Source: Eledone cirrhosa (taxonomy: Eukaryota). From it: a DNA stretch of 64,000 nt. Both the position numbers and the translations under genes were made by a program. Positions 54,784 to 64,000 of this stretch are shown piece after piece; positions within the stretch are counted from its first letter, which is position 1; each line of letters opens with the position of its first letter. Below the pieces are notes generated by a model, which searched no databases, was not told the origin of the DNA, and worked only from the letters and a program-made list of their open reading frames with translations. The DNA lies in assembly GCA_964016885.1 (NCBI GenBank), contig OZ024751.1, positions 30,628,001 through 30,692,000 on the forward strand, read 5' to 3'.

Positions 54784-54930
54784 GGGCGGTGTATTGGCAG
54801 TATCGGTAGAGGGGCGGACACTATGCTTTGACGCATAGAGTTACGCCCCTTGCCATTCTGAGTTCAAATCGCGCCGAGGTTAACTTTGCCTTTCATCCTT
54901 ACGGGGTCTATAAAATAAAATACCAGTAAT
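54784..54930 (+). mobile_element. SINE family A, truncated where the LINE begins
   Basis: Consensus head and core, ending at ...taccagtaatgt where the Tx1-like sequence starts. Confidence 0.75.
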
Positions 54931-55670
54931 GTCCGAGGTGCGCGCAGAGCGACGAAACCGTCGTGCACGCACTCGTTCAGTGCCCGAGCATTGCTGACTT
55001 GTGGAGCTATGTCGAACAGTTGCTGTCGCGTGTAGGACCGATCAGGTTATCGACTGAGTCCATTGTGCAGATGGTCTCGCCGTCTTCCTTCGAGGAGGAA
55101 GGGCAGGCGGTTTTCATCTGCCTGGTGGTCATGGCGAAAGAGATTGCGTGATGGACAAGCTTGAAAGGGTTAAAGACAGACACTTTCCTCTTCGACGAAA
55201 ACCTGATTAACTTTTTCAAGTTTCACTTGAAGAGGAAAATCAGGGTGGAGAGGCAAGTGCGGCTTTCTAGCAAGTTTGTTGAAAGGTGGGTGAATGTAGC
55301 GAGAATGGTCCGAGTGAACGGGACCACTCTGAATATACGTCTGTAGTTTGAGGAATGGGAAAAAATTGAGAGAGGGCGCTTACCCTGGTGGACAGGGTGG
55401 CCGTGGTCTTTTGTGTGGTTTTCGCCACGAGTAACCCTCGGAGGTTTCCCCCCTATTGGGGAATTTTTCATTGTTCCAATTTTCATTTTTATTGTTTATA
55501 TATATATATATGTTTCTGTCTTTTTTCTTTTTCGTTTCTTATATAAATAATAAAAATATTTACACGCACAAAACCCACATCGTACCGTCCTGTACCGTCC
55601 TGTGCCGTCTGTAATATTTTTCTTGATGTCAGCCCTTGCGGCCAATAAAGAAATTATTATTATTATTATT
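54929..55670 (+). mobile_element. L1/Tx1-clade LINE 3' end, directly after a SINE
   Basis: CPRCAQSDETVVHALVQC zinc knuckle, LW...AKE..W C-terminal motifs, one internal stop; 3' UTR ends AATAAAGAA(ATT)n. Confidence 0.75.
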
Positions 55671-56073
55671 ATCATCATCATCATCATTCGTTCATTCATT
55701 CATTTATTCAATCACTTTGTTATTAGTATTGTTACAGTTGTTCACATTGTTGTTGTTGGTGGTGGTAGTGGTGGTGGTGGTGGTGGTGGTGGTGGTGGTG
55801 GGTAGTGATGTTGTTGTTGTTGTTGTTCTGGTTGAAAGAACAGCAGACGACATGTCTGTTGTTCTTTCAATAGAAAGCACAAAACAACAACCACAACATA
55901 AAATTAGTACTGGTCGTCTTGTATTGATGGGTGGATGGTTGAGTGGGTGGATGGATGGACGGTTGGATGGATGGATGGATGGGTGGGTGGATGGTTGGGT
56001 GGGTGGATGGGTGGTTAAGTGGATGGATGGACGGGTGGATGGATGGATGGATGTAAAGATGAATGGATGGAAG

Positions 56074-56158
<85 letters not shown>

Positions 56159-56373
56159 ATGGATGGAGGAATAGATATTTAGATAGGTGGACGGATGAGT
56201 GGATGGATGGCTTGTCATTGTCAGATTCATTCAGATACCGTCAGGTGTGAAAAATTAGGTTGCTAGTGTAGTAAATAATGGAGATAAGAGGTGATTGACG
56301 GAGAGACAAATTCTACAAATGATGAGCTCGAAGTAAAAAATATATAAATATATATAAATATATATATGTGTAT

Positions 56374-56477
<104 letters not shown>

Positions 56478-56598
56478 TGTGTGTGTGTGCGTGTTTGTAT
56501 CTTTGTCTGTGTTTATGTGCGTGTATGTGTGTGTGACTAAATATATATACGCAGATACATACATATATATATATATATATATATGTACTTGGTGATTT

Positions 56599-56689
<91 letters not shown>

Positions 56690-57083
56690 GGGGCATGGCA
56701 GAGACTCTATTGATTTAGTTCAGCATTAATAGGGAGGAACTTCACAGATTTTCATCTCAGGTTTCATTCCTATTTAAAAAACAATTTGGACAACTTGAGA
56801 TGCATTCAAGCCCTAATGACAACTGGACAATGATCCACAGAGCTTTAATCATTATTCCATTGTTCGGCTATTCCATTATTCCATTGTTGCTTTATTCCGT
56901 TATCAAGATGTCCGGAATTTGACGTTTACTCGAAAAGAACGCAGAGAAAAGAAAGAAAGGAAGAAAAAATAAAGAAAGAAAGAAAGAAGAGAGAAAAGAG
57001 TGAAGAAACAAACTCCTAATTTTACAAACAAATATAAACTATACAAAACGTATCTCATGCGCTTAGCCTTTGGTCGTATCTCT

Positions 57084-57198
<115 letters not shown>

Positions 57199-58494
57199 CT
57201 CTTTAGATATGTGCTACAATTCATGTACATTTTATGTTTATCGCATATCGAAGTTTTCTTACCATTTTAGAGTGCAAAGACCTAAACTAATCACTACAAC
57301 AAAATTGTCAAAATTTGATCCCCACCCCAATTCAGAAATGCTTCCACGGCCTCTGACACATACATACATACACACATCACACATACATACACACATCACA
57401 CATACATACACACATCATACATACATACCCTACATAGAGAGCAAGTGAAAATATTCTGTAGTCTGTACAAACTAACTTGTATAATCCAATGTCAAAACAA
57501 TAACACATGCTCGGAATTGTTGACAGTGGCGGCCTCTATGTTCCAATATTCCATTTTGGGGGTTAAAATAGTTAGAAAAAATAAATAAATTTCGAGAAGT
57601 AGCGAAGTCGAATTATTGCTTAAGACCCTACCTTCTGTTTTTCTGACGAAGTCTTACTGTTTGACAACTGGTGTTGATAAGCCACTCGGAACCCCTAAAC
57701 AAAAATATGAGCTGTGGAAAGTTTTGAGATTCCCCTGTTGAGATAGCGACGAGATAGCGGGGAATTAACTCTTTGATACCACGTGGCACTCTAAAGTCTA
57801 TATAGTAAATATAAGTAGGTTACTATCGTCTCGCTGAAAAAATACATCTGGCATTACATTTTCTTCCTTCAATAGGAAAATAATAAAATATAATGAAATA
57901 AAATAAAATAATATTTAAGAAGATTTGTTAATTAAGAGTATTCAGCAAGTAGAATTATATGCCTTATTTAATAACATAATACAATAATTACAATATTGTA
58001 TCAATATGTAATTATTGGACCTGAAATTCCTGATGGAATTGGGGTGAAGAAGGAGGCGTCAAAGTGACATACAGTATGACTTATGGAATTGGGGTGAAGA
58101 AGGAGGCGTCAAAGTGACATACAGTATGACTTGAGCATTTTTTTAAACCTGGCAAAGCCCATCCCTTCTCCAGGTCTTAATACAGCCGATTTCTTCCTTT
58201 CAAAATCATATTCTAACCCTCCAAGTATAACAGCCACCAACCTGCACCAATTAATAGTAATGGAGTGATGGATGATATCAGGCTACAGCGAAATCTCGTG
58301 AAATCTTCCCCCCAAATCATATATTTCTATCTTGGAAGGATACGTTTGATAACGTAGTCCTAGGTATACTTTGTTGAAAAGATGTGGGAATGGTCGTGGT
58401 TGGAACACCTTTGATCATATATCTGTGGGATATGGTTGATCAAGGGTTAAATTACCACAATAAGAACAACAGCCCTATTTTTATTATTTATGTA

Positions 58495-58880
58495 AGGGCA
58501 GTGGATTGGCTGAATCAGTAGAGCATCGGACAACATCCTTTGTGGCATGTGGTTACGGCCCTTTATGTTCTGAGTTCAGATTCCGCCGGGATTAGCTTTG
58601 CCTTTCATCCTTTCGGGGGTCGATAAAATGTTGATACCAGTGACTCACTTGGGTCGATTTAATCGAATTTACCTTTTCCTTCAAATTACTGGCCTTGTGC
58701 CTAAATCAGAAATAATTGTTTATGTAGGCAAAACAACATGTTTTACGTTATTTACGTTATTTATGTTATGAGTTCAAATCCCGCCGATGTTAGCTTTGTC
58801 TTCCATCCTTACGGGGGTCGATAAAATAAAATACCAGTAACGCACTGAGTCGATTTCATCGACTTTCCCTTTCCCTTCAA
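58495..58880 (+). mobile_element. SINE family A, one full and one partial copy
   Basis: Consensus motifs present twice. Confidence 0.75.
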
Positions 58881-59588
58881 ACAATTATTCATGTAAGCAA
58901 ATAGCATTCAATGGTTCAACATTAAAACAGGAAACACTTGATTTTGTTTTCATGTAAAACGGATATAACATCGTCGATAGCAGACGACAGGGCAGATTAG
59001 TTAAGATTTTTTAGATTGGAGAGTTACCGTTGTTTAGATAGTTATCATTCAGAGTAGTTTCCGCTTAGATACGAAGACGTTAGCTAGCAGTTACAAATCT
59101 ACAAAGTATGAGATTTCACCTTGGAAATAAGAAAAAAAAAATTATTTTATTTTATTCTATTTTATTTATTTATATATTATTTTGTTTCCGTGTTTTTCCT
59201 TTATTTTGTTCTTATTTTATTTTCCTTTCCTTAAATGCTTCACTGATAAAAGAAGAATCCCCAAATATTACGGGGGGGGGGGTGGGGAATGAGCGGAAGG
59301 AATGTAGAGAAGACGTTGCCGATTCAAGTTTAACATCTCGTTGAATTGTTAAAAGTAACCATTTAAAAATAAAATATAATAATTTTTTTGCCATTTTCAT
59401 TCTACGTTTTTTTTTTTTTGTTTTTTTTTCTCCCATTTTTATTCGAGGAGAAATCAGAAGAAAGAGTTGAAAATTATTAGTTTCAAATTTAGGCTCAAGA
59501 CCAGCAAATTGAAAGGAGAAAATAGATTATATCGCCCACAGTACTTAACTGGTACTTTATTTTATCGACCCCGGAAAGATGAATGGTA

Positions 59589-59683
<95 letters not shown>

Positions 59684-59699
59684 GGAGGAAATTGAAGTT

Positions 59700-60706
59700 T
59701 ACTTGAAGGCATTGCGTAGTGAGGTATAAACGTTTGGAGTTAGAAGGCCAGAACAATGCAGGTATGGGTATAGAATATAAATACAAATGCAAAAGATATT
59801 GCTGACAATCTTTTTACCTTATATTTATTTGAATATCCTTAATTTTCGAGATAATATCTCGTCTTCGGAGGGAAGTAAAGGGGTTAATCCAGTGTTCTAA
59901 TTAGCTTGCCAAGTCCATGCTGACAGGAAATAGTATAGAAATTCCATTCTATTTCTAATGTCAAAGAGTGAAGGTTGGGTGGATAAAGGGCTGTCTCCCT
60001 TTAAAAGGGTTTGGACATGTATGTCTAAGTGTGTGTGGGAGAATACGTGAAGGTGTAAGCATGCGTGTGTGTGTGCGTGAGTATGTGTGTGTGAGATGGT
60101 ACGTGGAGGTGTAAGTGTAGGGCTAGGTGCTCTATCATGTTAAACATTGGGTGTTGAGTTCTAGTCTGTTATTGATTGGTGGTTGGTGTTTTTGTCTATA
60201 ATTAATGCTTCTTTAATTCTAAGTTTGCCGAGGTTTCTGTCCTTAGCTTCTATCCTAACTATTATGTTTTTGTCGGTGTTTTTTGCATTTCACTAGGTGT
60301 TTCTTAAATGAGGAAGTCGTTAGTGTTGAGGTGTTCTTTTATTCTAATGTGAAGTGGTCTGGTGGTGCTACCTACGTAGAAATTGCTGCATTTGTCGCAC
60401 TCTAATCTGTATACGACGTAAGGACTGGTGGCATAGGTCTGTGTCGTCGATGGGGGCAGTTGGCTAGCCTGCAGCGGCTGTCATGTCTGGTGGAGTGTCT
60501 TTTGGTTAGCTGTCCGCGCAGAGAAGGGTCCTGAGCGGGCTAGCAGGATAATCTAGTCCCTCTCGTCTGATAGCTCTGCGGATGGCTGCTGTTGTTTCGT
60601 CACTGAAGTGTGCGAGCTTCTGGAAGCAGGTGTTAGTGCCTCGGGTGTGGTGTCCTCTGTTGTTTCTGACAGCTAACCAAAAAGACACTCCACCAGACAT
60701 GACAGC
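59700..60706 (-). mobile_element. Penelope-like element 3' part: frameshifted GIY-YIG endonuclease, downstream hammerhead-like motif, inverted 5' end
   Basis: Minus strand ~60420-60150 reads YVVYRLECDKCSNFYVGSTTRPLHIRIKEHL...IEAKDRNLGKLRIKEALII...PINNRLELN. A 38-bp inverted repeat lies at 60477-60514 / 60668-60706. The left boundary is approximate. Confidence 0.8.
59837..59871 (-). ncRNA. Minimal hammerhead-like motif (CCGAAGA core variant) downstream of the GIY-YIG remnant
   Basis: 5'-CCU CCGAAGA C GAGAU-auu-AUCUC GAAA AU U A AGG-3'. Same strand as the PLE ORF, at the expected pLTR position. Confidence 0.55.
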
Positions 60707-61174
60707 ATGTGTGTGTCTGTGTGTTTTGTTTTGATGTTATCCGGGCAATTGGCGAAATCAGATGTGAAAGTATGTGTATTTGTGGTGTGTGTGTGTGTGG
60801 TGTGTGTGTGTGTGCGTGCGTGTGTGGTGTGTGGGGGGGGGGGTGTTACTTATGCGAGCGAACGACATGGTCCCCCTCTGTCTCTCTCTCTCTCTCTGAA
60901 TAACTAACCACTTTAATTGTATCTCTCTCTGGTCTGTCGGCCTATCTCTCTCTTTTTCCCCTCCCTCTATTTTTCTGTCTATCTCTGTAAGATGTGTGTG
61001 TGGATTATAGAGAGAGGGAAGAGCGACAGAGAGAGTAAAGCAGTTAAATTATAGAGAAGGGGAATGATCTATTATAGAGAGAGAGGGGGAGAGCGACAGA
61101 GAGAGTAAAGCTAAGAAACTATAGGGAGGTGTCTAGGATACATACATAATACATACACACGACACTCAGCTTTA

Positions 61175-61229
<55 letters not shown>

Positions 61230-61443
61230 ATAATAATAAATGTGAAGACTAAAATCCAAAGAGGCTCGATAAGGATAAATATATATCAAATATATAAGAA
61301 CCGTAGAGCAAATATTTATTAAAAATAACCGATTAAAGTTTAAGCAAAGAATCACTGCTTTCACCCTTAAGATCCCGTTATGGGTGAAAGCAGCGATTAT
61401 TTGCTTAAACTTTAATCTGTTATTTTAATATATATATATATAT

Positions 61444-61509
<66 letters not shown>

Positions 61510-62234
61510 TATATATATATATAATATTATAAACTTCCCTATAGTTTCTTAGCTTTACTCCCTCCGTCGCTCTTCACTCTCAAATATTATAAAGCTGAGA
61601 GTCGTCTCTCTCTCTCTCTCTCCCTCTTTCACCCTCTCTATAATTTAACTGCTTTACTCTCTGTCTCTCTTCACTCTCTATATGACAACACTCTTTTACT
61701 TTCCGTATCTACCTTCAATTATATCAATATATATCCAGGTTCTGCTGCACGCCGGGGCTGAGGGGGACAAACTCCTCAAATACCGTCGTACCCCTGGCAG
61801 TGGAGACTTCTGGTGTCCTCGGCCCCAGGGGCTACCTCCTTACTCACCACCATAGGGCGCTGAGCTGGCCAATCCGCAGGTGTGAGCCCCGCGAGTTGGA
61901 GTAGCTTTTCCAGCGCGTCTCCCTTGCCGTCCTCCGAGGAAACGCCTTCTCCATTCTGTCCGCCGGGGCTGTGGGTGGGCCCCATCACGTACCGTTGTAG
62001 TTGTTGTATACAGATATTAACTCATCAATCCCATTATTTATATCATATATCAACATAGAGATGAGCGTCGTATGTATGTTTATTTCAAAAGGATAACCTC
62101 CTTCACATTCGGTCAACTCACAAGCAGGTAATACATACATCAAAAGGCAACCCTCTTAGAGAGACAGAGAGTGAAAGAGACAGATTAGGAAAACTACACA
62201 CACACACACATCTAAAGAGAGAGAGAGAGAGGAG

Positions 62235-62280
<46 letters not shown>

Positions 62281-62436
62281 CAGAGAAAGAGAAACAGAGG
62301 GGACGGGCAAGCAAAGTAATACATACATCTAAAACCATTTGGATACAAATATAATATAATGGTTTCAGAAGGAAAATACAGACAAATATAATAATGTTAT
62401 GTATCCCACACACTTTTTTCTATCGTCGCTCGCATA

Positions 62437-62491
<55 letters not shown>

Positions 62492-62743
62492 TACACATAC
62501 TTTTACACCTGATTTCGCCAATTGCCGGATAACATCAAAACAAAACACACAGACACACACATGCACAAAACGCACATACACAAACATACACACACATATC
62601 TATATTTTATATGTATGTATGCATGTATGTATGCATGTAAGATAATTCCCCCTCTCTAAAATTTAACTGCTTTACTCTCTCTGTCGCTCTTCACTCTCTA
62701 TATGACAACACTGTTTTTAGTTTCCCGTATCTCCCTTCAATAT

Positions 62744-62832
<89 letters not shown>

Positions 62833-63078
62833 TTTAGAGAAAGATTAAGAAAACTACACACACACATCTACAGAGAGAGACAGAAAAACAGAGGGAGGAG
62901 AAAAGAGAGAGATAGGCCGTTAGACAGAGAGAGATACAATTAAAGTGTTAGTTATTCAGAGAGAGGGAGAGAGAGAGTCGGAAGGGACAATGTGACATGG
63001 GAGGGTGTGTGGTATCTTTGCAGTGGAGTGGTGGGGGCAGGTATACCTAGCCGGGCGCCAGCCGGATGGGCCAGCTAG
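60707..63078. mobile_element. Cluster of Helitron-like non-autonomous copies in opposite orientations
   Basis: 60707-60868 is the reverse complement of ~62424-62563; 60865-61000 of ~62858-62990; 61004-61180 of ~61530-61680 and 62641-62700. The plus-strand end has a CCGGGC...GCCGG hairpin and CTAG|T at 63075-63079. Confidence 0.55.
61226..61430 (+). repeat. Copy of the 5021 family with an internal ~47-bp-arm inverted repeat
   Basis: gattaaagtttaagcaaagaatcactgctttcaccc ... gggtgaaagcagcgattatttgcttaaactttaatc. Confidence 0.75.
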
Positions 63079-63249
63079 TATATATATATATATATATATC
63101 CGAACAGCTAGAGTTCGGATCTAGCTGTCAAAACAGCCGGAGCTCAGCCGTCAGGGTCCTACTCGTTCCTATTACCCACTCTACTACCCTAAGTATCGTG
63201 TACTCTGGTGCGTTATGGTCCACCTGATATCTTACCACACCTTCTTTGT

Positions 63250-63285
<36 letters not shown>

Positions 63286-63529
63286 ATTAATGGTAAGTAG
63301 CACCATGTAAATTTACATTCGAGGCGTGACTAATCCACAAACCAATTTAGATTTCTACTTGAAGAAATTCCACTTATGCTTTCATCATAATTACTGTTTG
63401 AAAAATTATGGCACGCCATCATTTTTATCCGTTCTATAAATTTATATGCTGTATATGTGAATGTTTGGTAACTAAAAGATAAAAAAAATTATTGTTTATC
63501 GATCGTAGAGGTTAGTGAGGAACAAATAT

Positions 63530-63820
63530 ATAGAAACTGTGACACAATGTGTAATAAACAATATTGAATCTGTGACACAATGTGTAACAAGCAATATATG
63601 ACACAATATGTAACAAACAATATGGAAATTGTGACACAATATGTAACAAACAATATAGAATCTGTGACACAATGTATAACAAACAATATTGAATCTGTGA
63701 CATAATATGTAACAAAACAATATAGAAACTGTGACACAATGTGTAACAAACACTATAGAAACTGTGACACAATAGGAAAACTGAGGTACAATATGTTACA
63801 CCATAGAAACTGAGACACAT
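63530..63820. repeat. ~33-bp minisatellite
   Basis: Unit agaa(a/t)ctgtgacacaatgtgtaacaaacaatat. Confidence 0.85.
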
Positions 63821-64000
63821 TATTGAGGAGAGAGTTACATATTGTAACTATGATACATGAAATCAATAGTTTTGCTTATTTAGACAAAGCAAAACTAGAA
63901 TTACTTTAAATTATTTTAAAAATCATTTTCTATAAATATCAGATTTCTTCACCTTTTTTTTAAACCTCTTATCATCAATACTGAAAGCTATTTATTGTCA

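Overview
Animal genomic DNA, AT-rich and saturated with (TA)n, (CA)n, (CATA)n and trinucleotide microsatellites. The repeat landscape suggests a coleoid cephalopod, probably an octopod (inference). One host gene is supported: three coding exons of a Wnt ligand, most like the WntA subfamily (+; 2766-3022, 13223-13491, 14730-15191); its signal-peptide exon was not found. The rest is mostly mobile DNA. (i) An apparently full-length, intact R4/Dong-clade non-LTR retrotransposon (RT plus restriction-like endonuclease, 1169 aa) sits inside a (CATA)n array; two truncated relatives also end in (CATA)n in the same orientation. (ii) Many Penelope-like (GIY-YIG) remnants lie at (TA)n arrays, with minimal hammerhead ribozyme motifs and fold-back inverted ends whose arms share copy-specific variants. 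(iii) There are also RTE and L1/Tx1 LINE 3' ends, two tRNA-SINE families, hAT MITEs, Helitron-like termini and several minisatellites. Almost all other ORFs in the track are microsatellite artefacts.
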